A DNA stretch of 64,000 nucleotides from Promethearchaeota archaeon (GCA_048939995.1 JBHLOY010000010.1:32001-96000), one strand, 5' to 3'; numbered from the stretch's first letter, positions 38,760 through 50,020 are shown. Notes: generated by a model from the letters alone, not told the origin. Numbers and translations: made by a program.

Positions 38760-39505
38760 TTATTCTCAATTTCATTAATATTTTTATATCCCACCACATT
38801 GTCTCTAAGAAAAATTGAAAATAGCAACTTTTTCTTTCTATATTTTTTAAGCATATTAAATAGAGCAAAATGTTCTGGAATATTATAAATCTCTTTATAT
38901 TTTTCTCCTACACCCTCAGAATATTGATATTGTTGTACAACAAAATTCCCTCTGAATCTATTCTTCTTAAGAAAACTAATGATCTTATGAATATCCTTTG
39001 GAGCTAATAAATTCTCTACATAAGTTGTTCTTATTTCAAATTGAATATTCTCTCGACTATTTACAAGCTTGAAAGTTTCAATGATATGATCTATATCAAT
39101 TTCACTATTCACTATATTTTCATATGTTTTTTTACTGAGTGGTCCTTTGAGATCTAGAGAGATTCTGTTAATATAGGGAAATAGTTTCTTTATTTTATCT
39201 GGATTTGTACCATTTGTGTCTATATTTAATAATTTCCCTACTTTCTGTATTTCTTTGCTTAATTCTATTATTTCTTCTTGAAGAGTAGGTTCTCCACCAC
39301 TCACACTTACCCAACTAACTAATAAATTACTATTAACGTGATCTAATATCTCATTAACTTCTATTTCTCTCCCTGCTTCAGGGTTTAGTAAATGTTTATT
39401 ATGACAAAAAGAGCAGTTCAAATTACAACCAACTGTAAAAATAACCATTGATGTCTTTCCTGGAATATCTTTTGTTGATATATCTATAATTCCTCCGATT
39501 CTCAT
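38753..39505 (-). CDS. Glycyl-radical activating enzyme family radical SAM (NrdG-like)
   Basis: GCNLNCSFCHN, SGGEPTLQ, DTNG, EIRTT. Confidence 0.9.
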   Translation of the reverse strand: MRIGGIIDISTKDIPGKTSMVIFTVGCNLNCSFCHNKHLLNPEAGREIEVNEILDHVNSNLLVSWVSVSGGEPTLQEEIIELSKEIQKVGKLLNIDTNGTNPDKIKKLFPYINRISLDLKGPLSKKTYENIVNSEIDIDHIIETFKLVNSRENIQFEIRTTYVENLLAPKDIHKIISFLKKNRFRGNFVVQQYQYSEGVGEKYKEIYNIPEHFALFNMLKKYRKKKLLFSIFLRDNVVGYKNINEIENNW

Positions 39506-39514
39506 AACATCACC

Positions 39515-40411
39515 TCAATAATTCATTCGAATAAAGTTTTCTACTTCAAATAAAGTTAAATTAAAAGGACCTGGAGTTTCTAATTTTAGGGAGGTTAATG
39601 CTGTTGAGAATTTCAATGATTCATCAGGAGATTTAGAAATTCTAGAACCCAAATAACTAATAAAAGCGGTATCTCCTCTTCCTGTTCTGCCTAAAGTTAT
39701 TTTGTTCTTCCATGGATAGAAGTATATATTACCTGCAGCATATAAAGTAATACCTTTCTCATGGGTGGCGATAATTTCTTTTGGACCATAACTATTTAAT
39801 TCAATAACAGCATCATTAACGTTAGTTTGATTTGTAAGGATTCTAGCTTCTTTTTGATCAACCTTGAGATAACTTATGCATGACAATATGGCTTTGATTT
39901 CTTTTTTTGATAATTTCTCATAGAGAATTTTGTTATTTTTCCTGATTCGTATGAATCCTTGAATATCTAATGCGAGCCTTCCGTTAAATTTTTCATATAA
40001 AAATTCTAGCAATTGAAAATTGATTTCACCTGCAGTGATTGGACCAATCACAAAAAATCTAGGATTTATTTTGGGGATATTTTCTTTTTTAAACAACCCA
40101 GCAAATCCCAATGGTTTATACTTTCTAAATTCTAAACTTTTTGAAGAATATATATTCCATAATCCTGAGGTTTCATTAGAAGGATACGCAAAGTATTGAA
40201 TTCCCTTTTTATTAAAGATTTCTAGTATTGAAAAGTCTTCTTTTTTTAGCAATGTAATAATTGAAATTCTTAAACCCATATGACTTCCCGCAATTCCACC
40301 ATAATAAACTGTTCCCCCTAATGATTCTATGAGTTTTCCGTCCACTTCTATAATATCTTTAGCAAGATGTCCTAAAATCGCAATATCAGAATCAAATGTA
40401 CCATTAGCCAT
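39515..40411 (-). CDS. PfkB-family carbohydrate kinase
   Basis: GGTVYYG, DIQG, GRTGRGDT. Confidence 0.88.
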   Translation of the reverse strand: MANGTFDSDIAILGHLAKDIIEVDGKLIESLGGTVYYGGIAGSHMGLRISIITLLKKEDFSILEIFNKKGIQYFAYPSNETSGLWNIYSSKSLEFRKYKPLGFAGLFKKENIPKINPRFFVIGPITAGEINFQLLEFLYEKFNGRLALDIQGFIRIRKNNKILYEKLSKKEIKAILSCISYLKVDQKEARILTNQTNVNDAVIELNSYGPKEIIATHEKGITLYAAGNIYFYPWKNKITLGRTGRGDTAFISYLGSRISKSPDESLKFSTALTSLKLETPGPFNLTLFEVENFIRMNY

Positions 40412-40582
40412 AATTATAACTAGAATAATTGATGAACTATTTAAGAAATTAACTGACTAACTAACTAATTGTTTTAAACAAGCTATTCAATTCTTTATCT
40501 TTCTTCTAAAAGAGAAGAAATGATATGTATATTAATAAGTTCGCAACTTTATAAAAAGAATTGTTAAATAACGACTTTAAAT

Positions 40583-40795
40583 TTATTCATATATTAATGA
40601 CGGATTTGTTTTATTACGAATATAAGTTGCAATTATTCGTTCTTCAATTTCATGAAGCTTTGAGCTATTAAAATTACTACAATTCCAATCATAACACTTT
40701 CTATCATTTTTAAATACTATACTGCAATGAATTTCATGATATGTTCCTTTTACGTATTCTTTACCGCATACTAAACACTTTTTCATTGTTATCAA
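40583..40795 (-). CDS. Small putative Zn-binding protein
   Basis: CLVCGK...H..HC...C...C. Confidence 0.5.
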   Translation of the reverse strand: MITMKKCLVCGKEYVKGTYHEIHCSIVFKNDRKCYDWNCSNFNSSKLHEIEERIIATYIRNKTNPSLIYE

Positions 40796-41194
40796 CTTTT
40801 ATCTAAAAAATTTTCTATTAATATTTTTTCTAATTTAACATATATTATCATTTTTTCATATTTAAACCTTCCCATTATTTTCCCATATTGTTAAAAAAAA
40901 TAGAAGTGAGTTGTAGTTCGACAAAAAACCTTTGATTACAATATCATAATGAACAAATTTCAATAATCATAAATCTAACTGAAAAACCTTCATCTCAAAA
41001 AGGATGCTATTTAAAATTTATGGTATATTATTGAAAAAAATTTAGAAATGAGTAGTTTTAGTGGTATTAAATACATAATAATTCTCAATATAGGATTATA
41101 ATTTATTTTCAAAACCTTTTTTAATTTTGATATTTTTTCTTAATTACAATTTAGTAAAATTTATAGTTACTATTTAACAAAGGTAAGGGATATA

Positions 41195-41488
41195 ATGGCT
41201 ATTGATGATCTAATAAGTTTTTTGAAGAAGAAAGGTTTTAGAGATACATTAGAAGTCTTAACTCAATTTAAGAGTTATAAAGTTGATAAGCACACATTCT
41301 ACAATGAACTGAACAAATTTAGTTACTACAATTCATTCTTTCGCGTGAAAGATGATTTAATTGATAAAGGATTGATTGAGATCGAGCACAATCAAAATAA
41401 CAAGAAGAAATATGTAAAACTTACTGAGAAGGGCTTAGATGTATATAATAAATTAGTCGAGATTAACAAATTGATAAATTCCAAATGA
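41195..41488 (+). CDS. Winged-helix DNA-binding protein
   Basis: LIDKGLIE...YVKLTEKG wing motif. Confidence 0.8.
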   Translation: MAIDDLISFLKKKGFRDTLEVLTQFKSYKVDKHTFYNELNKFSYYNSFFRVKDDLIDKGLIEIEHNQNNKKKYVKLTEKGLDVYNKLVEINKLINSK

Positions 41489-41577
41489 TATCACGAGATA
41501 TTAATCCTTTAGATAATTTTTCTTAATTTTTCTTATTTTTATTTATTCATTGATACTTACAAGAACGAGTTCAAAAT

Positions 41578-42210
41578 ATGATATTTAAAAGACTCATAGT
41601 AGGACCTTTATCAACCAATTGTTATATCTTTGGTTCTGATAAAACTAAAGAAGTAGTTATTATTGATGCTGGTGGCAATTCAGATAAAATCATTGAAGTT
41701 ATAGATAACCTTAATGCTCATCCTAAAGCCTTACTATTAACTCATGGTCATTTTGATCATACATTAAAGGTCGGAAAACTTTTACGCTATTTTAAAATAC
41801 CTTTGATGTATAATAAAAAGGAATTTGATTCTGGAGTTTTTTCTCAAAAAGAAGCAGATAAGTGGTTAGTTGAAGGTGATATTATAGAAATTGGCGAATT
41901 AAAATTGCATGTTCTAGAAACCCCAGGTCATTCCCCTGGATCTTTATGTTTTTATACAAAAGATATTAAAAAGTTTGAGAGATTAGAAATTGACGGAATC
42001 ATATTTTCTGGAGATTTAATTTTTCGAAGGAGTATTGGTCGATCTGATATTCCTGGAGGAGATTCTAAGCAACTATTTAATAGCATTAGAAACAAAATAA
42101 TATACAATCGAGAATTCACAGATAATTTTTTAATTTTTCCAGGTCATATGGAAATGACGACTCTTGGAGAGGAATCCCAAATGAATATGTTTAGAAATTA
42201 CTTTCTTTAA
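41578..42210 (+). CDS. MBL-fold hydrolase (glyoxalase II/YcbL-like)
   Basis: THGHFDH, TPGHSPG, SGD, PGH. Confidence 0.92.
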   Translation: MIFKRLIVGPLSTNCYIFGSDKTKEVVIIDAGGNSDKIIEVIDNLNAHPKALLLTHGHFDHTLKVGKLLRYFKIPLMYNKKEFDSGVFSQKEADKWLVEGDIIEIGELKLHVLETPGHSPGSLCFYTKDIKKFERLEIDGIIFSGDLIFRRSIGRSDIPGGDSKQLFNSIRNKIIYNREFTDNFLIFPGHMEMTTLGEESQMNMFRNYFL

Positions 42211-42325
42211 TTGAAAATGTTTTTCATTAAATATTTATTTAATAAGATGATAATTTTTTAAATACAAAATATATTATATTATTAAAAATTAGTTTTTAAC
42301 TAGGATTAATTGAGAGTAGATAAAT

Positions 42326-42610
42326 TTGATTAATAGAAGTGAAGTCAAGGCTATAATACGCCGATTTGAGGAACGTGAAGGAATTCGGGGAGTCATTATC
42401 TGTGATTCAACAGGGTTGCCAATAGATTCAAATATGGATATTAATATGAGTGAAGAAGTAGCTGCTTACGTTACATCGCTAATTGGTAAGGGAAAGCAAG
42501 TGGTTGAAGCTTTAAATGAGGGTGCCTTAAAGTTTATAAGGCTCGAGACTTCTAAAGGGGAAACAATGATCGCTCTTGAATCTAATCTAATTTTGATCAT
42601 ATTGAAATAA
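42326..42610 (+). CDS. Roadblock/LC7 protein
   Basis: GIRGVIICDSTGLPIDS; resembles the dynein light chain roadblock pattern. Confidence 0.88.
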   Translation: MINRSEVKAIIRRFEEREGIRGVIICDSTGLPIDSNMDINMSEEVAAYVTSLIGKGKQVVEALNEGALKFIRLETSKGETMIALESNLILIILK

Positions 42611-42820
42611 CTTTTGGAATTTTTTTTCCACTTTAACTTATAAATCTATTTTTAAGATGATTATCTAAAGAGATTAAGTCTTTGCATCTAATTACTATTG
42701 ACAGATTACTTTTTTTTTTTCTATACTTGATAAATTTAAATTTCTTTAAATTATATATATATTTAAGAAAATTTCTTAACTCAATTTTAATAGGTAAAAA
42801 GAAATAAAAGTTGCATATTT

Positions 42821-43168
42821 ATGGATAAAAAAGCGATTGAGAAGAAATTAGCAGAATTAATGGACATTGTACCCGAATGCGAAGGATTGATTGCAGCAGA
42901 TACAAATGGTAAAGTTATTATTGGTCAAACTTTAACTGATATGGATCACGATCTTATCGCTAAAGCTTGTACTAATATAGTTAAAGATTCTAATTCATTA
43001 GGAAAAAATATTGGTAAGGGGAACTTAAAGACTACCACTATAGAACTTGATGACGGTTTTGCAGTTCTTGTAGGTTCTGATGCATTAATTTTAATTGCAT
43101 TAGCTGGGCTTGATGGCCGATCATCCCTAAGTCTTTTGAAAAGAAATCTGATTTCAATTTTAAATTAA
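42821..43168 (+). CDS. Roadblock/LC7 (MglB-like) protein
   Basis: EGLIAADTNGKVI...IELDDG. Confidence 0.85.
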   Translation: MDKKAIEKKLAELMDIVPECEGLIAADTNGKVIIGQTLTDMDHDLIAKACTNIVKDSNSLGKNIGKGNLKTTTIELDDGFAVLVGSDALILIALAGLDGRSSLSLLKRNLISILN

Positions 43169-43215
43169 TAATATTCTCTCTTTTTTTAAAAAAAGATAAT
43201 TAAAATAGTTTTGAT

Positions 43216-46200
43216 TTACTTCTTCTTTTTATCATTAAGACCCTCTTCTTCCAATAAAGAGTCTAAATCTGTTTTTTCAGCTTTTTCTGTTTCTTTCTGA
43301 ACCTGCTTAATTTCTGATACTTTAACATATTTCCCACGTTTAGCTTTCTTTTTGGTTGGTTCTTCAATTGGAGTTTCAATACGTTTTATAAGGCGCTTTA
43401 TTGAACTATATATGATTAACCAGAATAATACAATAACCCCTATTATCAAAATAGTCAAGAAAGGAATAATATAGTCTATTAAGGGAAGATCAAAGGTATA
43501 GAACCTCATCGAATTATGGTACTCTATGTACTCATTTGTAATTATATTCTGAGCGTTTATTGAAACATTAATGGTAATACTATTCACTGAGGATACATCA
43601 ATTTCTATTATAATTACAGTCGATTCTCCTGGATTCAACCGATTAAGGTGAAAATAATCTATTTGTACAATTCTATTTACTAAGCTTGGTTGGATGATAA
43701 TAGAAATATTTGATGCGGGTATATATAGACTAGATGTCCCATTATTAACAATAGTCAATCTGATTGTTGTTTTTACATTTCTATATATTTGTGGAACATT
43801 TTTGTTAATTGAAATTCTAAGATTATTTAATTCTCTGTATAAATCTACTGTTATATTTTGAGCATTACTTAATCTATAAATATCTCCTGACCAAATCAAC
43901 CTAAATAGTAATTGATCTTCTTCATTTAAAGCTAAAGTATCAATTTCGAAGTTTAGTAAGCCTTTACTATCTGAAATTTGAGAAGATAAATTTAACCATG
44001 AACTATCATAATATTGAAGCGTTACATTTTTTGTTGGTAATGGGGCTCCAAATTCAGTAGTTAAGATTGCACTAAGATTAAATTTTTGGCCACGAATAGG
44101 TGATTCAGGGTTTATAGTAACATTTGAGAATCTACTATTTCCTTTCAACGTAAATGATTTGATGAAATCATTGTAACTGCTAACATAATTTTTATCATAG
44201 ATATTTACAACAAAGGTCGTTTGGTTTGGAAGATAGGTGCATTCATTTCGATTAAATGGCTTTAATATAGATACTCCTGATATATCTTTATCGTATTTTA
44301 AAGCTAATAAATAACCTTCAAAATTAGTTTGGGTGCTGTTTACAATTAACGAGTAATCCGTACTTTCATAGGTTCCTAAATCAATATCTTCATTTTGATA
44401 TTTAATAATTATTGTTATTTTAGTTAAAACTCCCCCCTTTCTAACGGGGGCATTAACTCCTTGCCATATTCCATCATTAAATAAATGAGGAATGCTAAAA
44501 TCTAATGAGAACTCTTGACTATCTCTCCCCAGAGGGTCTCCTTTCAATTTCAATGTTTTATAACTGGAAGTAACTTCATCAATAATCCATTCATTATTTG
44601 CTAATGAAAGTAGCTGAGCATGAATCTTGATATTCACATCACTTAATTCAAACATATTTTTAAGGGTGACCTTAATATTTACCATTTCATCAGGATTTAG
44701 AATCGTTTCATTTTGAAGGAAATTTTTCAAACGGATTGGAATGTTATATCCACCTATTTCAAAAATATAATCTTGATCGATGTTATAATTCTTCACAGGA
44801 TAAAAGTTAGCACGGTTAGTAACATTTACCGTTCCTATAAGGATTGAATAACTCTGGAATACTTTATCTACTCCTCCAGATAAAATATTCTTATCTAATA
44901 CGGGTTCATAAAAGAAGTCATCTAAATCAACATTGTACGAATCGATATAAAGTTTAAGTTTTTTACAACCTATCGCTGAACCATTAGTCCAAAAGAAACC
45001 TAGATAATAATTTCCAAAATAACTTAGAGAATTTCTTATTTGCAATAATGTATCATTATTGAAATCGTATCTAAGAAGAGACTCTTTAATAATCCCCGTC
45101 AAATCATTTCTTTCTCCTCCAGGATATTCTCCTCCAGGATTTTCGGGATAAAACAATTTAACATTGGCGCTTCCACCTTTTGCTGGATTACCATTTATAT
45201 CCTGAATATCTACACTAGCTGTCAAATCATCTCCAAACATAAATCCATTTGTTTCCCAAAAAGTTCCACTATAATTATTAAAGCTATGCATTTGATATAC
45301 AAGATTCGGGCTAGTAGTACTTAGTATATATGTACCATAAATTCCATTAATTAAAGTCGTATTAACTACTATTTTGTCAAATCCAGATTTAGAAATTTCG
45401 CTCGATTCTCCTGTCGTACTAGGATATAAATCTGCATTATTTGGATTAGTTAGGTTATTAGCATCATAGGAATTTGGATATAAATACCAAAATTCAAGGA
45501 AGTTCCAATCAGGGATATTAGTATGGCTTAAAGTTAAGTCAAAACTTAAAAACCACCTCGGTAAGTCATCATAGGTACAATTGTAAGTAGTAGTAGTTAA
45601 TTCAATCCAATAAGCCTTAACAGAATAAGAAACATTAAATATAAATCCTTTAGCAATTGTAGTATTCCAATTAAGATCTATACGGAAATCATTTGGGGGA
45701 ACTGCACTTATATGAGTCGTAAATTCATGTGCCCATTGTCCCAAACCCCAAGTTAAATATGAGCTGTCTGCATATGGACCACTATTATCGATTTGGTTTT
45801 CTATTGGCATATTCTGAATATTTAAATTATCCTCTTCGGATTCCCAAAAGTCTGAGGGCATGTATCCTCGTGTAACATTAATTTTAAATGAGCTTGAATC
45901 TAGATGCTCAGATAGATATGGAATCGCTGAAGGAACAGTTTTTCGGGCAATATCCCAGCTTACCCCATTATTTGTAGTTATTCTTAATTGATGATCCACT
46001 TGATTATCAGGATCTCCGAAGGTAAATCTAGGTAATGTTGCGAGACTATACAGATTTTCAGAGCGATTTGATTTGATTACTATAAAGTAATTAAATAGCT
46101 TCAGATCTATAGTGTTAGCGGTATTAAATGCAAAATAAGTCAAGTTATCTCCATTGTAATTTGAAATAATGAATGAATCTATCATTCTAGTATAATTTGG

Positions 46201-47292
46201 GCTTATATTATTAGTCCTTAAAATTGTTTGGGTCCTAACAATTGTATCAGTAGCTTCATATAGAGTGATATTCAATTCGGAATGAGTAGCTAAACTCACA
46301 TCTAAAGTACGTATCCAAGCATAGAATCCATTTACGGTTGATCTTTTTCCTTTTAAATCAAATTCCAATGCTACGTAATCATCATTTGTAATCGGTAAGT
46401 CAAAACCATAACTTGCATAATCAACTAATTCAGTAACCCTTACTGTATAAGAACTCGCTGTTGAATTTCTAAAATAAAATTGGATGTTATTCATATCTGC
46501 AAGATCAATAAAATCTAAATTTTCATTTATGATTCTTTTATCAAAATTGGTGAAAGTCGAGCTGCCTTTAATAAAAATAGGTTCTGTCACATTTTTCCAT
46601 GCGGATTCGGATATATCGTACATCTTTATCGTTAGGTAAGTATTTAAAGAAGATCTTAAAGTAAATTGATTGATTAAACCCAAAATGTATGTTCTATCAA
46701 AACCTAAATTTATTGGTGGACTTGCTCTCGTAAAGAAAGTACCAGTAAAATCTGCTGCTAATGTAAAATTAATTATGCCCCCTGATGAAGTGAATCGAAT
46801 AAATGTTGTACTTTGCCCATCATCTAAATAATAAAGGTTTAAAGGATCGAGATTTGTACCTGTGTGGACTGATATAGAAGAAATAGCTTTATTGTATTTA
46901 AAACGGATGAATTCTCTTGCATTTAGCGCATCATCATTTTCTAATACATAATTCGTTGTATAATTATTCTGAAATGTAAAATTAAAATTTCCATAAGATA
47001 AATATCCTGTATCTGTAGAGGATATTGAAGGAATCTCAAGAAATTGGTTATTATCAGCAGTATAGGAATTATTTTCGCCGTAGATTCGTACATCTTGAGG
47101 ATCTCCTGCTCCCGTTATATAATAATCTGATAAATATCCATCAGCACTAGTGGATAAATCTTTTTTATCATAGGTTCTATTATTATAAACATAATTTTCA
47201 TTAGGGTAAATCTGAAGGCTTGATATTATTATAGACAAGACAAATATAATTAATAGTAAAATTCTTCTAATTTTCTTTTTCCTCTCCATCAA
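43216..47292 (-). CDS. Large membrane-anchored surface (glyco)protein
   Basis: 1358 aa; N-terminal signal/TM, many NxS/T sequons, Ig-like beta-rich segments, C-terminal TM and charged tail. Confidence 0.8.
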   Translation of the reverse strand: MMERKKKIRRILLLIIFVLSIIISSLQIYPNENYVYNNRTYDKKDLSTSADGYLSDYYITGAGDPQDVRIYGENNSYTADNNQFLEIPSISSTDTGYLSYGNFNFTFQNNYTTNYVLENDDALNAREFIRFKYNKAISSISVHTGTNLDPLNLYYLDDGQSTTFIRFTSSGGIINFTLAADFTGTFFTRASPPINLGFDRTYILGLINQFTLRSSLNTYLTIKMYDISESAWKNVTEPIFIKGSSTFTNFDKRIINENLDFIDLADMNNIQFYFRNSTASSYTVRVTELVDYASYGFDLPITNDDYVALEFDLKGKRSTVNGFYAWIRTLDVSLATHSELNITLYEATDTIVRTQTILRTNNISPNYTRMIDSFIISNYNGDNLTYFAFNTANTIDLKLFNYFIVIKSNRSENLYSLATLPRFTFGDPDNQVDHQLRITTNNGVSWDIARKTVPSAIPYLSEHLDSSSFKINVTRGYMPSDFWESEEDNLNIQNMPIENQIDNSGPYADSSYLTWGLGQWAHEFTTHISAVPPNDFRIDLNWNTTIAKGFIFNVSYSVKAYWIELTTTTYNCTYDDLPRWFLSFDLTLSHTNIPDWNFLEFWYLYPNSYDANNLTNPNNADLYPSTTGESSEISKSGFDKIVVNTTLINGIYGTYILSTTSPNLVYQMHSFNNYSGTFWETNGFMFGDDLTASVDIQDINGNPAKGGSANVKLFYPENPGGEYPGGERNDLTGIIKESLLRYDFNNDTLLQIRNSLSYFGNYYLGFFWTNGSAIGCKKLKLYIDSYNVDLDDFFYEPVLDKNILSGGVDKVFQSYSILIGTVNVTNRANFYPVKNYNIDQDYIFEIGGYNIPIRLKNFLQNETILNPDEMVNIKVTLKNMFELSDVNIKIHAQLLSLANNEWIIDEVTSSYKTLKLKGDPLGRDSQEFSLDFSIPHLFNDGIWQGVNAPVRKGGVLTKITIIIKYQNEDIDLGTYESTDYSLIVNSTQTNFEGYLLALKYDKDISGVSILKPFNRNECTYLPNQTTFVVNIYDKNYVSSYNDFIKSFTLKGNSRFSNVTINPESPIRGQKFNLSAILTTEFGAPLPTKNVTLQYYDSSWLNLSSQISDSKGLLNFEIDTLALNEEDQLLFRLIWSGDIYRLSNAQNITVDLYRELNNLRISINKNVPQIYRNVKTTIRLTIVNNGTSSLYIPASNISIIIQPSLVNRIVQIDYFHLNRLNPGESTVIIIEIDVSSVNSITINVSINAQNIITNEYIEYHNSMRFYTFDLPLIDYIIPFLTILIIGVIVLFWLIIYSSIKRLIKRIETPIEEPTKKKAKRGKYVKVSEIKQVQKETEKAEKTDLDSLLEEEGLNDKKKK

Positions 47293-47460
47293 AAAACGAC
47301 CGTCTATCTCAAATTTTTTAGTTATAAAATCATTTAAAAATATTAAAATTTGCCAATTTTTTTAAAGTTATTACAAATTATAGTAAAATGACTTAATATT
47401 ATAAAATGTTTAAATTATTTTTATATCTAGAACAATTCAAGTTTAAAATAAAGAAAAATC

Positions 47461-48801
47461 ATGGCTATAGATCTAATTTTAAAGGAAATAGAAGAAAATA
47501 AAGACGAATTTATTGATTTTTTGCGAAAATTAGTGCAAACAGATTCTTATAATCCTCCAGGAAATGAAAAAAATGTTGCTTTAATAATTGAAAGTTATCT
47601 AAAAGAATCTGGAGTAAAAACCGAAATATTTCCATTTGGAGATAATAGAGCAAATTTGATAGCCTATTTAAATGATAATTTTAAAGGAAAGAACCTTCTT
47701 TATAATGGACATATGGATGTTGTACCTGCTGGGGATAAAGAAGAGTGGAAAAATCCTCCGCTTTCTGCCGTCATTAAGAGAAATAAATATATGTATGGAA
47801 GAGGTACTTCTGATATGAAGGGGGGTTTAGCTGCTATGACAATAGCATTAAAAATTCTAAAAAAAGTTAGTGATAATTATTCAGGAAACTTAATATTAAA
47901 TGCTGTTGCTGATGAGGAGACAGGAGGAGACTTAGGAACTAAATGGTGCTTAGATGAGAAGTTAAATGAGTTTAAAATCGATTTTGCAATTATTTCAGAA
48001 CCTTCTGGTCTTGATCCTTTACCCAAAGCGATTATACTTGGAGAAAAAGGGCGACTTGTGGTTAAAATAATAACTAACGGAATTGCAACTCACTCTGGCT
48101 GGCCTTTCATGGGAAAAAATGCTATACTTATGATGAATGAAATTATCACAAATCTTGATAAAATAGATAAATATGTAGTTAAAGTAGATCCTCCTATGCC
48201 ATTAAGTAAAATCAAGAAATTAGTAAGTAGAGCTTTCCCGAATGAAGAAATTTTTGAAAGAATTTTAGATGAACAACCATTACTTAAAAATGTACTAATA
48301 GCGTTAACACAATTTACTACAAGTGTTAATATTATCCATAGCGGTATAAAGGATAATGTAGTACCAGATAAATGTGAGGCTATAATAGACTTTCGTCTAT
48401 TACCAAACCAAGATCCGAACGATGTAATAAAATCATTGAAGAAGCTAATTGAGGATGAAATTGGCTATCCTATAAAGAAAAAAGTTAAAGATGTGTATGT
48501 TGATATTAAGATCTTACAGCAACATGCGGGTTCATATTGGAAAGATTGGGAGAAATCTTCAGTATTAAAAGAATTGCAAGAAATAATAGATAAGGTTTAT
48601 GGAAAAAAATCATTTTTTGTATTAATGCCCCAAAGTGCTGATTGCCACTATCTTCGTAATACTGGATCTTGTCCTCAGACAATAATTTTTGGTCCCGGAA
48701 GTGGTTCTAAAGTGCATTCTGCTAACGAATTCATTGAACTAGAAGATTTTCTAAATGCAATAAAAGTTTTCACATTATTTGCTTACAAATTTTTAACATA
48801 A
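47461..48801 (+). CDS. M20 metallopeptidase (ArgE/DapE family)
   Basis: NGHMDVVP, GRGTSDMKGG, DEE, HSANE. Confidence 0.93.
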   Translation: MAIDLILKEIEENKDEFIDFLRKLVQTDSYNPPGNEKNVALIIESYLKESGVKTEIFPFGDNRANLIAYLNDNFKGKNLLYNGHMDVVPAGDKEEWKNPPLSAVIKRNKYMYGRGTSDMKGGLAAMTIALKILKKVSDNYSGNLILNAVADEETGGDLGTKWCLDEKLNEFKIDFAIISEPSGLDPLPKAIILGEKGRLVVKIITNGIATHSGWPFMGKNAILMMNEIITNLDKIDKYVVKVDPPMPLSKIKKLVSRAFPNEEIFERILDEQPLLKNVLIALTQFTTSVNIIHSGIKDNVVPDKCEAIIDFRLLPNQDPNDVIKSLKKLIEDEIGYPIKKKVKDVYVDIKILQQHAGSYWKDWEKSSVLKELQEIIDKVYGKKSFFVLMPQSADCHYLRNTGSCPQTIIFGPGSGSKVHSANEFIELEDFLNAIKVFTLFAYKFLT

Positions 48802-48841
48802 AAAATTTTAATAAAACCATATGGATTGTTAGAAAACTAAA

Positions 48842-50020
48842 TTGAATGATTTCAAAATTGAAGATTCAATTATTTTGATTGATACTTCTAGATCGATGTT
48901 AAGAAGAGACTTTAAACCAAATCGATTAATTGCAGCCTTGAGTGCCGTAAAGGCTTTTATCCAATCAAAATTTGAAATTGACCCCAAAGATAGAATAGCA
49001 CTTGTATCCTTTGGAGAGAGTGCCAAAAAGTTATGTCCTATTACTTATGAAGAGGATAACCTATTTGAAGCTTTCAAGAAGATCCAAATTTCTGGTAAAG
49101 GGTTATTACATGAAGGTATAGCATTTTGTTTGCAACTGTTAGTTGAGGAAATGAGAAAAGTAGGAGGAAAAACCAACAGAATTTTTATAGTTTCAGATAA
49201 TAAGATTCTTTATACTGAAAAATTGCATAAAATTGTGGAGATTGCCAAAGGTTTAGGAATTTATATAGATTCCTGCCAATTAGGGCAATCTGAAGGATAT
49301 TCAGGAAGTATTCTTAAACAGATTGCTAAAAACACTGGAGGTCAATACGGTTTTTTTAATAATTCTAAAGCATTAATTAATGCCGGAAATTCATTTGCTT
49401 CAAAAAAAGAGTTTAAAGAGTCAATCGATTATTTTTCACCTATAAAAGATAAAAAAGAAACTCCATTAATGGGTGAAATTGCTTTGGATTTACGAAGGCC
49501 TAATCTCTTAGATATTCGTTTAATGATGAGTGATAATGACAAATTTGGTGAAAAGTGTCAGATCTGCCATTCTGTAAAATCACCTATTACTGATGCTGAT
49601 TTTTACTCTGAAGGAAGATATTGTCCTTCATGTGATCGCCCAATGCATTTATCATGTGCAGCAATGTGGGCAAAAAAAACTGAAAAGAAGGAGCGGATCT
49701 TTAGATGTCCCTTTTGCTTTTTTCTTTTAGAATTACCCTCTTCATTTTCAAAATTAATTGAAGATAAAGAAGAAAGTCTTCCTAAAGTAAGATTAGTTAA
49801 TGAAGGAGAAGAAAAAACAACAAAAATGATTGTCTTTCCCAATGAAAATATCCATGAAATTAATGAATCATGTTCCTATTGTCACAGCATATTTTTAGGA
49901 GAATATAAAGTTTATCAATGCGAAAAATGTGGAGCTTATTATCATGAACCTTGTTTAGAAAAAGTCACAAAGGAACTCAGGGGATGTAGGAACTGTGGCG
50001 CTCAAATTATTAACTATTAA
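48842..50020 (+). CDS. VWA domain + two RING-like zinc fingers (TFIIH p44/Ssl1- or Rpn10-like)
   Basis: IDTSRSMLRRDFKPNRL VWA start; CQIC...CPSC...HLSC...W...CPFC; CSYC...CEKC...HEPC...CRNC. Confidence 0.8.
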   Translation: MNDFKIEDSIILIDTSRSMLRRDFKPNRLIAALSAVKAFIQSKFEIDPKDRIALVSFGESAKKLCPITYEEDNLFEAFKKIQISGKGLLHEGIAFCLQLLVEEMRKVGGKTNRIFIVSDNKILYTEKLHKIVEIAKGLGIYIDSCQLGQSEGYSGSILKQIAKNTGGQYGFFNNSKALINAGNSFASKKEFKESIDYFSPIKDKKETPLMGEIALDLRRPNLLDIRLMMSDNDKFGEKCQICHSVKSPITDADFYSEGRYCPSCDRPMHLSCAAMWAKKTEKKERIFRCPFCFFLLELPSSFSKLIEDKEESLPKVRLVNEGEEKTTKMIVFPNENIHEINESCSYCHSIFLGEYKVYQCEKCGAYYHEPCLEKVTKELRGCRNCGAQIINY

